Source of the DNA: an uncultured Chloroflexia bacterium
GTDB taxonomy: Bacteria; Chloroflexota; Limnocylindria; Limnocylindrales; CSP1-4
Assembly (NCBI GenBank): GCA_963746845.1
Contig: CAVVCZ010000004.1
Span: 640,001 to 704,000 of the forward strand
Direction: 5' to 3'
Length of the DNA: 64,000 nt
Shown here: positions 1 through 9,210 of the stretch, piece by piece
Layout of the letters: the number at the start of each line of letters is the position of its first letter
How positions within the stretch are numbered: the first letter of the stretch is position 1
Made by a program: the position numbers and the translations under genes
Notes under the pieces: generated by a model
What the model was told of the DNA's origin: nothing
Seen by the model: only the letters and a program-made list of their open reading frames with translations
Database searches by the model: none

Positions 1-1
1 C

Positions 2-369
2 GTCGCGACCTGGCCGATGCAGGCCACCTACGCCGTCAAGGGCGACTGGCAGGGCCTCATGAAGCACAACGAGCGAGAGATGTCGAAGGCGAAGCCCGCC
101 GCGGTCGCACAGCGACGGCCGTCGCCGCGCCGGCCGACGACCTGACCCAGATCAACGGCATCGGCCCCCGGATGGCCTCGATCCTCAGCGAGGCCGGGAT
201 CACGACCTACGCGCAGCTGGAGCACGCGAACACGGGAGACCTCCGCCAAGCGGTCGCCGTCGGTGAGGCGCTGCCCCCGTCGAGTCTCGACAGCTGGCCG
301 ACCCAGGCCTCCTACGCGTCGCGCGGCGATTGGTCCGGCCTGGCCACGTACAACAGCCGCCACCACTAA
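2..369 (+). CDS. 3' part of a protein with repeated helix-hairpin-helix (DUF4332-like) modules; 5'-truncated, apparent 1-nt deletion near 110
   Basis: Frame +1 reads ADDLTQINGIGPRMASILSEAGITTYAQL...WPTQASYASRGDWSGL. Frame +2 upstream reads WPMQATYAVKGDWQGL, the end of a previous copy of the same module. Adding one C near 110 joins them through a KPAAVAPATAVAAPA linker. Confidence 0.65.
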   Translation, partial: RDLADAGHLRRQGRLAGPHEAQRARDVEGEARRGRTATAVAAPADDLTQINGIGPRMASILSEAGITTYAQLEHANTGDLRQAVAVGEALPPSSLDSWPTQASYASRGDWSGLATYNSRHH

Positions 370-378
370 CCCCCGGCG

Positions 379-408
379 TCTGCGCCGGGCCGCAAGGCCC
401 GGCGCAGA
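379..408 (+). terminator. GC-rich hairpin, probable terminator
   Basis: Perfect 13-bp stem TCTGCGCCGGGCC/GGCCCGGCGCAGA with GCAA loop just after the stop at 369; no real U-tract. Confidence 0.55.
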
Positions 409-453
409 TCTGCACGCAGCCCTGGCGCCCTGAGAGACCGGTCTCCCTCGGGG

Positions 454-479
454 TGTAACGTCATGCGGCTGCTCGCGTC
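454..479 (+). promoter_or_regulatory. putative ECF-sigma promoter
   Basis: TGTAAC-N16-CGTC upstream of the lipoprotein gene, matching the general ECF AAC/CGT consensus. Confidence 0.45.
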
Positions 480-510
480 TGCCTCGCGACTGCGCTGCCG
501 AGGTGTCCGG

Positions 511-1851
511 GTGATCCGAGGTCTGGGAGTGACCGTTCTGTCTGCCTTCGTTCTGGCAGGCTGCGGCAGCGCACAGGGCTCTCCGTCGATCGATCCGGGC
601 CACGACACGTTCGCTCCGTCGCCGTCGGCGATCCCGCGGTCGGCCCCAGCGTCGTCGCCGCCGTCGACGGGTCAGCCGTCGCCGGCCCCCGCCGCGCCCT
701 CCACGTCACCCTGGACGAGTGCCACGGATTCGCTCGAGTGGCACCGCCTCGGGACGATCCCTGCGTCCGACATCGACGGCATCGTCGGCTTCGCGGACGG
801 CTACGTCGCGCTCGAAGGCGCGGCCGGCGCCGCCTGGTACTCGGCGGACGGCCGGTCGTGGAAACGGACCCGGCTTCCGATCGACGGCACGGTGGAGGAC
901 GCGCTCGATGCCAACGGCAGGCTCGGGCGCGTCATCACGACCAATGGGCGGGAAGTCCTCATCGTCGGCGGCCACAGCATCCCGCCGTGCGGACTGACCA
1001 ATGCCGGCGATACCGGAGGCGGTCCGGATTGCGCGGTCAGCCCGATCGCCTGGCTGTCCGATGACGGCCGGACGTGGCACCGAAGCATCAAGGCCGCACC
1101 GGGCGGCGAGTTCGTTGCGGCCTGGCCGGTCGGGACCGGCGGCTGGACGGCGGCGGTGTCGGACTGGTCGGGCGAAGCCCTCGCCGGGGATCGTCTCTGG
1201 TCATCCGACGACGGGCTCACGTGGCAGCGGGCTCCGAAGCCACCCGCGTCGTGGGAGGGCTATGACCACGCGCCGCTCGGGGTCGCAAGCCGGTCGGGCC
1301 AGTCCCTCCTGTCGGCCGGCGAACGCGGCGGACCTGGAACGACGGTCGCCACGATGAGTGTCGGGGGGTCCTGGCGCGTGCTCGATGGGTTCCCGGGAAC
1401 GGGCGTCGAGGTGTTCGCCGGCGTCGCCCCGGCGGCGGACCGGTCGCGCTGGGTCCTCGGTGGCCGGAGCGGGTGCGACGACAGCGGGAACGAGTGCACC
1501 GGCGGGCCCATGGCATGGTCCTCGGTCGACGGCGCGGATTGGACGACGAACCGACTTCCGACGGGTCCGGGCGTTCCCGATGCCGACCCGCCGGTCGTGG
1601 TGTCCGCAGTCACGAGCCTCGCGGTCTCCGAGCGCGGCTACGTCGCCGTGGGCGCGGACGGGTCCTGGTCCGAGGGTGCCAGGCACGAGACCTGGGTGAG
1701 CGACGACGGAGCCGTCTGGGCTCTCCTGCCACAAGCCAGCCGGCCGAGGTTCGACTACGGCCCGGGCCTGGTCGCGGACGGACCCCGTGGCGTCATCGGC
1801 ATCAGTCGATCGAAGTCCGAGAACGAGCAGACGGCGTGGCAGCTGCGCTGA
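511..1851 (+). CDS. lipoprotein with BNR/Asp-box-like (SxDGxxW) repeats, probable beta-propeller
   Basis: GAGGTG RBS before GTG at 511; lipobox LAGC; Pro/Ser linker; repeats WYSADGRSW, WLSDDGRTW, WSSDDGLTW, WSSVDGADW, WVSDDGAVW. Confidence 0.75.
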   Translation: MIRGLGVTVLSAFVLAGCGSAQGSPSIDPGHDTFAPSPSAIPRSAPASSPPSTGQPSPAPAAPSTSPWTSATDSLEWHRLGTIPASDIDGIVGFADGYVALEGAAGAAWYSADGRSWKRTRLPIDGTVEDALDANGRLGRVITTNGREVLIVGGHSIPPCGLTNAGDTGGGPDCAVSPIAWLSDDGRTWHRSIKAAPGGEFVAAWPVGTGGWTAAVSDWSGEALAGDRLWSSDDGLTWQRAPKPPASWEGYDHAPLGVASRSGQSLLSAGERGGPGTTVATMSVGGSWRVLDGFPGTGVEVFAGVAPAADRSRWVLGGRSGCDDSGNECTGGPMAWSSVDGADWTTNRLPTGPGVPDADPPVVVSAVTSLAVSERGYVAVGADGSWSEGARHETWVSDDGAVWALLPQASRPRFDYGPGLVADGPRGVIGISRSKSENEQTAWQLR

Positions 1852-1860
1852 CGGGAAGCT

Positions 1861-3672
1861 TCAGGCGCGTCGCAGCTCGCGCAGGTTGTCGCGCAGGATC
1901 AGGAACCCGATCGTCAGCAGGACGGCGGCCACGAACAGCACGAAGTTCGACGCCACCACGATCACGCCGCCGACGATCGCCAGGATGATCGTCACGTCCA
2001 GCAGCAGGCGCAGGAAGCGCCGCCGGACGAGCGCCTCGATCACGATCGACACGACGATGATCAGGACGAGACCGAGCCACAGGCTCTCCGGCTTGAAGAA
2101 CAACAGGCCGGCCATGACCAGGATCGCGAGCGACACCCCGACGGCCGACCAGATGTCGAGCAGCCGGCTCAGACGGATCTCGGCGGGGTCCTGCGGGTGG
2201 ACGACATGCCGCAGATGGGCACGGACGTCGCCCCGGTCCCCGGCCCGGAGCCGGTCGAGCTCCTCCTCGCTGTCGTCGATGACCGAGTTCGAGGCGGCGC
2301 TCCTGACCCGGAGCCCGCGCATCTGGGCGACGACGACGTCGCGCTCGGCCGCGAGGGTGTCCACGAACGGACGCGAGCGACCGGAGTGCTGGGCGGTTGC
2401 GACGCGGATGCCGAGCTGCTGAGCGCGACCCTCGAGCTCGAGGATCGTCTTCTCGTCCGCCGCGACCTCGGCGCGGAGGCTCTCGATCTCGGTCGTGAGC
2501 GTCTCGACCATCCGCCCCGGCGGCGGTGTCGCGTCCAGACCGGCGAAGGCGATCGGGTCGAGCCACGACTGGCGCGGGCGGCCGTCCCGATTCCACTTCG
2601 GGCCGGCTGGCGCGCGTTCGCCGGCGAACCGGTCCTCGGTGTCGAGGCCGAAGAGGCCGTCGTAGTCGTTGACCCACGGCGTCGAGTCGTCGATGAGGAT
2701 GGGGGTCCACTCGTTCGGCTGGCCCGGACCCACGGCGACACCATCACCCCGGGCGTAGTCGACGAACGGCACCGCGGCGATCGGCGTGGACTCGCCGGCG
2801 GCCGCACCGGCCGTCCGCTCGACCGCGCTCGACCACCACGTCTGGATGGTGTCGGTGACCGTGCGGACCCGCGGCGGCAGGCTGAGCGGCACGACCTGGA
2901 GGTACTCGCCGCGCTCGACGTACGCGGCGTGCGATCCCGCGCCGGCGAAGATGATCGGATGATCGCCCTCCCGCAGGAGGAGCGGGTCGTCCCAGCGGCG
3001 ACGCAGGTCCGCGCCGACCTCGTCGTGGGCGGCCCGGGCGAACCACACCGGGGTGCTCGAACCGTCCTCGCCCTCCTCGATGAACACGAAGCACTGCTCC
3101 CAGTCCGCCTCGTGATCGTTCGCCCCTTCGAACGAGGATCGCCAGTCGTTGATCGCGTAGAAGAACAGGTAGTGACAAACGGTCCAGTTGGCCTGCCGGA
3201 CCACGCGAGCGTGGTAGCAGTAGCGCGGATCGTGCTCGCGGATCGCGGCGTACATGACCTGGGCGGCGGCCACCGTGCCACCCGGGACCGTGCCGCGGAC
3301 GAGGAGCGACAGGTCGAAGCCGGCGTCGATCATCCGGGCCACGATGCCGACCCGGGCAAGCCGGCTCGGCGCCCGGAAGCGCGGCCGGCCCGGGCGGTTC
3401 CGCCACGAGGCCAGCGCGACCGATCCAAGCGGCTCCTTGACGAACCGGAGGTACTGACCGCGGAGCGGCGTCGTCGGCGTCCAGGTTCCGAGGTTCTCGA
3501 CCGTCAGCGATCCCGACGGAGCGAGGAGGACGCGCCGGCCCGTGACGTCGACCGACCACAGCTCGCACTCGGCGAGGTAGTCGTCGACGGCCATCGGGAA
3601 GAACAGCTCGCCGTTCGTGTAGCGGACGATCGGCTCGTACCGACGGAGCAGCTCGAGATCGTGGGCGTCCAT
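1861..3672 (-). CDS. membrane-anchored protein: Vps62/NPP1-like HExDWE domain, coiled coil, C-terminal TM helices
   Basis: MDAHDLELLRRYEPIVRY start; YLFFYAINDW...HEADWE motif; heptad-rich segment; about 4 hydrophobic C-terminal helices; start overlaps the upstream stop. Confidence 0.7.
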   Translation of the reverse strand: MDAHDLELLRRYEPIVRYTNGELFFPMAVDDYLAECELWSVDVTGRRVLLAPSGSLTVENLGTWTPTTPLRGQYLRFVKEPLGSVALASWRNRPGRPRFRAPSRLARVGIVARMIDAGFDLSLLVRGTVPGGTVAAAQVMYAAIREHDPRYCYHARVVRQANWTVCHYLFFYAINDWRSSFEGANDHEADWEQCFVFIEEGEDGSSTPVWFARAAHDEVGADLRRRWDDPLLLREGDHPIIFAGAGSHAAYVERGEYLQVVPLSLPPRVRTVTDTIQTWWSSAVERTAGAAAGESTPIAAVPFVDYARGDGVAVGPGQPNEWTPILIDDSTPWVNDYDGLFGLDTEDRFAGERAPAGPKWNRDGRPRQSWLDPIAFAGLDATPPPGRMVETLTTEIESLRAEVAADEKTILELEGRAQQLGIRVATAQHSGRSRPFVDTLAAERDVVVAQMRGLRVRSAASNSVIDDSEEELDRLRAGDRGDVRAHLRHVVHPQDPAEIRLSRLLDIWSAVGVSLAILVMAGLLFFKPESLWLGLVLIIVVSIVIEALVRRRFLRLLLDVTIILAIVGGVIVVASNFVLFVAAVLLTIGFLILRDNLRELRRA

Positions 3673-4151
3673 CAGTGCGCAGGGGCCGCGAACTGGTCGG
3701 GGGCCCGCCGGCGGACGATCCCGAACGTCTCCTTGACGCGCCGCTGGTTGAGGTAGAAGACCGACACGACCTCGATCAGCAGGACGGCCGAGCTCGTCGA
3801 GCCCTGGTACCACCAGATCGTGATGCAGATCAGCAGGGTCAGGCCGGACAGGAGCATCGCGAGGGTCCACCCGAGACGGCGCACGCGCAGGAGCAGGACG
3901 CCGGCCGCCAGCGACCAGATGGCCAGCCCGGCGCCGATGCCGACAAGCATCGGGGTCGGCAGCGGAGCGATCGCGCCGCCGAACCGCGACGAGGCGCTGA
4001 TGAAGGCGAGCGCGGCCTCCCGGTCGTTCATGATCCAGACGGTCAGGAGGGCGTATCCGACGCCCGTGACCAGGCGGATCGCCGCCAGGATCGTGACAGG
4101 TGCCGGACGACGCGCCTCCGGTTGGGCGGGCAGAGCGGACGAAACGGCCAT
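3672..4151 (-). CDS. small integral membrane protein (about 4 TM)
   Basis: Hydrophobic helices; ends in YLNQRRVKETFG; TAGACT -10 box 8 nt before the ATG. Confidence 0.7.
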   Translation of the reverse strand: MAVSSALPAQPEARRPAPVTILAAIRLVTGVGYALLTVWIMNDREAALAFISASSRFGGAIAPLPTPMLVGIGAGLAIWSLAAGVLLLRVRRLGWTLAMLLSGLTLLICITIWWYQGSTSSAVLLIEVVSVFYLNQRRVKETFGIVRRRAPDQFAAPAH

Positions 4152-4182
4152 GTCCGCCGAGTCTAGCGACTCGGCTTCCCGA

Positions 4183-5619
4183 TCACGCGGGCTTCGGGAA
4201 CTCCGCGATGGCCGCGAGCAGGCGGTCGACGTCCCGTTCGTCGGAGGCGATCCCGACCGATACCCGAACGGCGCCGAGCGCCTTCGTCCCGACGATCGCC
4301 CGCAGCTCGGCGGGGTTCGGCTGATGCCCGAGGGCGAAGACGGCCCGCATGTCGTCCCGAGTGATGCCGCGCGCGGTCTCACTCGCGCCCGGATTGCAGA
4401 AGCAGCCCGTCCGGACCGAGATCCGCCGCGCGGCCGCGAACGCCTCGACGGCCGGGAAGGGGACGATCGAGCCGTCGGGCTCGAGCAGGTTGAACGGGAT
4501 CGTCCCGCCGCGGTGCCGGGTGTCCATCGGGCCATATACCGCGACCCTCGGTGCGCCGTTCGCGTGTCGCAGCCCGGCGAGCCCGGCGAGCATCCGCCCC
4601 GTCAGGTACCGGACCCGGTCGTGGATCGTCTCGATCCCCACCGACTCGAGGTGCCGGATCCCGATCTCGACCGCCGGGAGCGACAGAAAGTCGATCGTGC
4701 CGTCCTCGAACCCGATGTGGTCCGGCGCCAGCGTATGCCGGGGCTCCGCGACCGAGGCGACGCCGATCGTCCCGCCGGCGAACCACGGCCGCCGGAGACG
4801 GGCGAGCGCGTCGCGGCGGGCGATCAACGAGCCGACGCCCGTCGGATAGCCGAACGCCTTGTACCAGGAGACCGTGACGAAGTCCGGGTTCCAGCGGGCG
4901 AGATCCAGCCGGTTCGTCGCGATGAAGGCGGACGCGTCGAGCAGGACAGTCCAGCCGCGATCGTGCGCGGCGTCGATCCACGCCGGCGGGTGCCGGACGC
5001 CGGAGTAGTTCGACTGCGCGGGATATGCGAACAGGTGCGGCGCATCGGCCGGGGCGTCGTCGAGCGCCGACCGGATCGTCGCGTCGTCGTGGCGGAGGTC
5101 CGGGAGGGCCAGTGGGAGGTACGTCTCGACGGCACCACGGGCCCGGGCCAGCTCGCGGATGCCGTTGACCGAGTTGTGGTTGTCCGCGGTGAGCAGGAGC
5201 CGGCTGCGGTCCGTGAAGGGGAACGACTCTCCGACGAGCTTGAGCGCCGCGCTCGCGTTCGCCGTGAAGATGACGGTGTATGCATCCGGCGATGCCCCGA
5301 CGAACCCGAGGATCGCCGCGCGTGTCCGATCGGCAAGGTCCGTGGACAGACGGGATGGCGGGCTGTCGGAGTGCGGGTTGCCGAGGACCTCGCGCTCGAG
5401 CATCCGATGGTGCGCGCGGACCTGCGACGCGGCGTACAGGCCGGCGCCGGTGTAGTCGAGGTAGGCCTGGTCCTGAGCGTCCAGACGGCCGTACTCGGTG
5501 GCGCGGAGCTGCGCCACCGCCGCGGCATCCCAGGGCGCGGGCGGACGCTCGTCGTCGTCGGGCGCGCGGTCACCCCGGCGGACGCCGGATCGAGGGTCGG
5601 AGATCGCGATGGCCCCCAC
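4183..5619 (-). CDS. class V PLP aminotransferase, molybdenum cofactor sulfurase-like
   Basis: YLDYTGAGLY, NPHS, FTANASAAL, NHNSVNGIRE, SWYKAFGYPTGVG (PLP Lys), RTGCFCNPG. Confidence 0.85.
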   Translation of the reverse strand: MGAIAISDPRSGVRRGDRAPDDDERPPAPWDAAAVAQLRATEYGRLDAQDQAYLDYTGAGLYAASQVRAHHRMLEREVLGNPHSDSPPSRLSTDLADRTRAAILGFVGASPDAYTVIFTANASAALKLVGESFPFTDRSRLLLTADNHNSVNGIRELARARGAVETYLPLALPDLRHDDATIRSALDDAPADAPHLFAYPAQSNYSGVRHPPAWIDAAHDRGWTVLLDASAFIATNRLDLARWNPDFVTVSWYKAFGYPTGVGSLIARRDALARLRRPWFAGGTIGVASVAEPRHTLAPDHIGFEDGTIDFLSLPAVEIGIRHLESVGIETIHDRVRYLTGRMLAGLAGLRHANGAPRVAVYGPMDTRHRGGTIPFNLLEPDGSIVPFPAVEAFAAARRISVRTGCFCNPGASETARGITRDDMRAVFALGHQPNPAELRAIVGTKALGAVRVSVGIASDERDVDRLLAAIAEFPKPA

Positions 5620-5653
5620 GATCGTGATTCTGCGCGGCGCGCCGGACGCCGCG

Positions 5654-5671
5654 CTGGAACCTGTGTTCCAG
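5654..5671. promoter_or_regulatory. palindrome CTGGAAC-N4-GTTCCAG, possible LexA (GAAC-N4-GTTC) box
   Basis: Perfect 7-bp inverted arms, 35 nt upstream of the GTG at 5619. Confidence 0.35.
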
Positions 5672-5676
5672 GTCGC

Positions 5677-6537
5677 TCAGATCGCGGGCTCGGGAACGCG
5701 GGCCGTCTGGATCGTCACCCCGGCCTCGGCGAGCGCCGCGGCCAGCCGGCGGCGAACCTCCGCGTCGACGATCGCCCGCTGTGCCGGCCGCACCCGACCG
5801 GCCATCCGGAGCGTCGCTCCCGCGTTCGTGAAGGCGGTCGTCGCGGTATAGCTCGGTGTCTCGAGCATGAGCGGGCCCCACTCGGGATCCGCCGCGAGCT
5901 CCTCGCCCACGCGGTTCATCGCCTCGATCGCGGCCTCCACGTCGCCCACCGCGATCCCGGCCACGTCGACGATCGACGTTCCGAAGATCCGCGTCTCGTT
6001 CGAGGCGATCCGGATCTCGCCGTTGGAGATCGAGTGGACCGTGCCCCGGACGTCCCGAACGATCGTTCGCCGGAGGCCGACCTCCTCGACCGTGCCCTCG
6101 ATGCCGCCGAGCATCACGACGTCGCCCTTGAAGTACGGGCCCTCGACGAACAGGAGAATGCCCGTGAGGTAGTCGAGCACGATGCTCTGCCCGGCCAGCG
6201 TGATGGCCGCCGCGACGATCCCGAGTCCGGCCACCACCGACCACGCGTCGAAGAGCGACAGGAGGAGCACGCCGATCGCGACGACGACCCCGAAGCGGAT
6301 CAGCTTCGTGAGCAGGTCCTCGAGCGTCGCGACGCGCTTCTGGACCTCCGCCGACTCGTCCACGCCCAGATCGGCGGTCACCTCCGGCGGCCGGACGACG
6401 CGGAGCAGCAGCCGGTGCACTGCCGGCCTGGCGAAGTGGTAGACGACCAGCAGCAGGACGCCCCAGAACACGAGCCCCAGGGCGTGGTCCTGGAGCCACG
6501 AGATCGCGGTCTGCCCCTGGGTCGAGAGATCCGGCAT
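5677..6537 (-). CDS. small-conductance mechanosensitive channel (MscS family)
   Basis: Three TM helices, then GDVVMLGGIEGTVEEVGLRRTIVRDVRG...ISNGEI beta domain. Confidence 0.88.
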   Translation of the reverse strand: MPDLSTQGQTAISWLQDHALGLVFWGVLLLVVYHFARPAVHRLLLRVVRPPEVTADLGVDESAEVQKRVATLEDLLTKLIRFGVVVAIGVLLLSLFDAWSVVAGLGIVAAAITLAGQSIVLDYLTGILLFVEGPYFKGDVVMLGGIEGTVEEVGLRRTIVRDVRGTVHSISNGEIRIASNETRIFGTSIVDVAGIAVGDVEAAIEAMNRVGEELAADPEWGPLMLETPSYTATTAFTNAGATLRMAGRVRPAQRAIVDAEVRRRLAAALAEAGVTIQTARVPEPAI

Positions 6538-6601
6538 CGTCCCTGCAGCATACGATCGGCCGCATCCCCATACTCGACGGCGGGAGAGGAATGGGAGAGG
6601 G

Positions 6602-8515
6602 ATGTCCGACGATCCGCTCGCGCTGGACCCGGAGGCGATGCGCCGGATGGGCTACGCCGTCGTCGACCTGCTCGTCCGCCGGATCGACGAGCTGGCCGCC
6701 GGCCCGGTCCTGCAGGTCGGGAGCCGGTCCGATCTCGAGGTGCGCCTCGCCGAGCCCGCACCCGCCGCGGGCGGCGACTTCGACGAGCTCCTAGCACGGC
6801 TCGACCGCGACGTCCTGCCGTTCGTCGGGCACTTCGACCATCCGCGGTTCTTCGGGTACATCCCGGGCGCCGGAACCTGGCCTGCGGCGCTCGGCGACCT
6901 GATCGCGGCGGCGACGAACATCGATTCGGGTGCCTGGCGCGAGGCATCCGGGCCCAGCCAGCTCGAGCTGACCGTGCTCGACTGGTTCCGTGAGTGGATC
7001 GGCTACCCGGCCGACGCCGCGGGCATCCTGGTGTCGGGTGGCTCCGCGGCAAACCTGACCGCGATCGCCTGCGCGCGGGAGGCGCTCGTCGGGCCGATGT
7101 CGCCCCGGATCGTCGCCTACACGAGCGACCAGACCCACTCGTCGCTCGCCCGCGCCGCGCGCCATCTGGGGTTCCGCCCGGACCAGCTCCGGGTGATCGC
7201 GACGGACGAGCGGTTCCGGATCCGGACGGACGATCTCGCCGCGGCGATCGACGCCGACGCGGACGCCGGACGCCTGCCGTTCCTCGTGATCGCGAACGCG
7301 GGCACGACGAACACCGGCGCCGTCGACGACCTCACCTCGATCGCCGCGATCTGCCGAGAGCGCGGGATCTGGCTGCACGTCGACGGCGCGTACGGGGCGT
7401 TCGCGGTGCTGACGGAGCGCGGCCGAGCGGCAATGCCCGGGCTCGACCTCGCCGACTCCGTGACCCTCGACCCGCACAAGTGGCTGGCGATGCCGTTCGA
7501 GGTCGGCTGTCTGATGGTCCGTGACGGCGCGGCCCTCGAGCGCGCCTTCGCGTTGCACCCGGAGTACCTCCGCGAGTTCGGGGATGAGGGGCGGGCCGTC
7601 AACTTCGCCGACCGCGGCCTCCAGCTGACGCGTGCGAGCCGAGCGATCAAGGTCTGGCTCGCGATCCAGACCTTCGGGGTCGATGCGTTCCGCTCGGTCA
7701 TCGATCGGTGCATGGACCTGGCCCTCGAGGCTCAGCGGCGGATCGAGGCGGACGAGCGACTGGAGCTCGTCACCACGGCATCGCTCGGGATCGTGACGTT
7801 CCGGCGGCGGGGCGAGGCCGGCGAGCCGCCCCATGAGACCGACCGGCGGAGCGAGCGGGTCGTGACCGCGCTGGCCGCCGCGGGCGACGTGCTCGTCACG
7901 TCCACCGTCATCCACGGGCGGTATGCGATCCGCCTCTGTGTCCTCAACCACACCTCCGGGCTCGCGGACGTGCTCGCCGCCCTGGAGCGGGTCGCCTCGC
8001 TCGAGGTGCCGGCCGCCGACGCGTCGACGAACGGGTCAAGCCCGCACCGACCTGAACGCGGATCGGACCAGGCACGGCTGCCACCGGATCGCTCCGCCCT
8101 GCGGTTGCTGACGCCCGCCGACCTGCGGGCGATCGGGCCGTTCGCGTCGGTGTCGGACGACGACGCGACGCGCTTCCTCGCGACGGGGCGCGCCGAGCGG
8201 CGGGCGCCGGGCGAGGCCGTGACGGAGCGTTGGACCCTCGCGCGGACGTTCTACCTCGTCACGTCGGGGCGGCTGTCCATCCGGATCGACGACCGCGAGG
8301 TGAACGCCCTCGGGCCGGGCGACTACCTCGGCGAGATCGCCGCGATGGACTGGGGACGGGACTTCAGCTATGGACGGACGGCGACCGCGGTCGCGACCGA
8401 GCCGACCGACCTGCTCGCGTTCCCGGCCGCCGCGCTCCGCGAGCTGATGGCGGACGACCCGGCGGTGGACCGGGCGCTCCGCCTGATCGCCCACGAGCGG
8501 CTCGCCTCCCGCTGA
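6602..8515 (+). CDS. group II PLP-dependent (aromatic amino acid-type) decarboxylase fused to a C-terminal cyclic-nucleotide-binding domain
   Basis: HPRFFGYIP, SGGSAAN, HSS, GTTNTGAVD, WLHVDGAYG, DPHKWL; C-terminal FYLVTSG...LGPGDYLGEIA...RTATAVA. Confidence 0.88.
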   Translation: MSDDPLALDPEAMRRMGYAVVDLLVRRIDELAAGPVLQVGSRSDLEVRLAEPAPAAGGDFDELLARLDRDVLPFVGHFDHPRFFGYIPGAGTWPAALGDLIAAATNIDSGAWREASGPSQLELTVLDWFREWIGYPADAAGILVSGGSAANLTAIACAREALVGPMSPRIVAYTSDQTHSSLARAARHLGFRPDQLRVIATDERFRIRTDDLAAAIDADADAGRLPFLVIANAGTTNTGAVDDLTSIAAICRERGIWLHVDGAYGAFAVLTERGRAAMPGLDLADSVTLDPHKWLAMPFEVGCLMVRDGAALERAFALHPEYLREFGDEGRAVNFADRGLQLTRASRAIKVWLAIQTFGVDAFRSVIDRCMDLALEAQRRIEADERLELVTTASLGIVTFRRRGEAGEPPHETDRRSERVVTALAAAGDVLVTSTVIHGRYAIRLCVLNHTSGLADVLAALERVASLEVPAADASTNGSSPHRPERGSDQARLPPDRSALRLLTPADLRAIGPFASVSDDDATRFLATGRAERRAPGEAVTERWTLARTFYLVTSGRLSIRIDDREVNALGPGDYLGEIAAMDWGRDFSYGRTATAVATEPTDLLAFPAAALRELMADDPAVDRALRLIAHERLASR

Positions 8516-8523
8516 GCCCGGCC

Positions 8524-9210
8524 TCAGGCGCTCGGCGCCGCCGGCGGGGCTTCCGCGAGCACGTACTGCAACGGCTCGAGGTTGCGGAACCGGAAGGCGA
8601 TGTCACCGCGGTCCACGATCCCGAGGCCCAGGTGGTCGAAGAACGGCTCGAGCCCGCGGAGGGTGAACGGCGTGGCGTCCGAGGACGGGGTGCCGTGCGA
8701 GTGGACCGTGCGCCGGCCGGGCTCGGGCGTGCCGAGGTCGACGACGAAGAGCCGTCCGCCGGGCTCCAGCACCCGCCGGACCTGGAACATCGTCCCGTGG
8801 AGCGCATCCGACGGGAGCTGGTGGAGCACGAGCGAGATCAGGACGACGTCGAAGGACGCGTCGGGGAAGGGGAGCGCCTCACCGGCCGTCGCGATGAACG
8901 TCGCATCGACGCGGGCCCGACGGGCCTTCGCTCGCGCCCGGTCCAGCATCTCGATCCCCGGCTCGATGCCCGTGACGGAGCCCGACGGAACGACGGCTCG
9001 GGCCGCGGCGATCGTGAGTGAGCCCGTGCCACAGCCGACGTCGAGGACGCGCTCGCCGGGTCGCAGCCGGGCGAGACGGACCTGCTCGTCGCGGAACCGG
9101 CCCTCACGCCCCCACGACGCGAGCCACAGGCGAAGGTCGTAGCGACGGGGCGTCCGGATCACGAGGCCGCTGGTCTCGGTCGAGGGCTCCGTCGGCCCGG
9201 CCGTGGTCAC
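8524..9210 (-). CDS. class I SAM-dependent methyltransferase (UbiE-like)
   Basis: VLDVGCGTG, LPFPDASFDVV, RVLEPGG. Confidence 0.88.
   Translation of the reverse strand: MTTAGPTEPSTETSGLVIRTPRRYDLRLWLASWGREGRFRDEQVRLARLRPGERVLDVGCGTGSLTIAAARAVVPSGSVTGIEPGIEMLDRARAKARRARVDATFIATAGEALPFPDASFDVVLISLVLHQLPSDALHGTMFQVRRVLEPGGRLFVVDLGTPEPGRRTVHSHGTPSSDATPFTLRGLEPFFDHLGLGIVDRGDIAFRFRNLEPLQYVLAEAPPAAPSA

Noticed and set aside
3820-6993. Very long alternative-frame ORFs (e.g. 1057 aa here, and many others)
   Set aside because: Arg/Pro/Gly-rich shadow ORFs overlapping well-supported genes; expected at this GC content.
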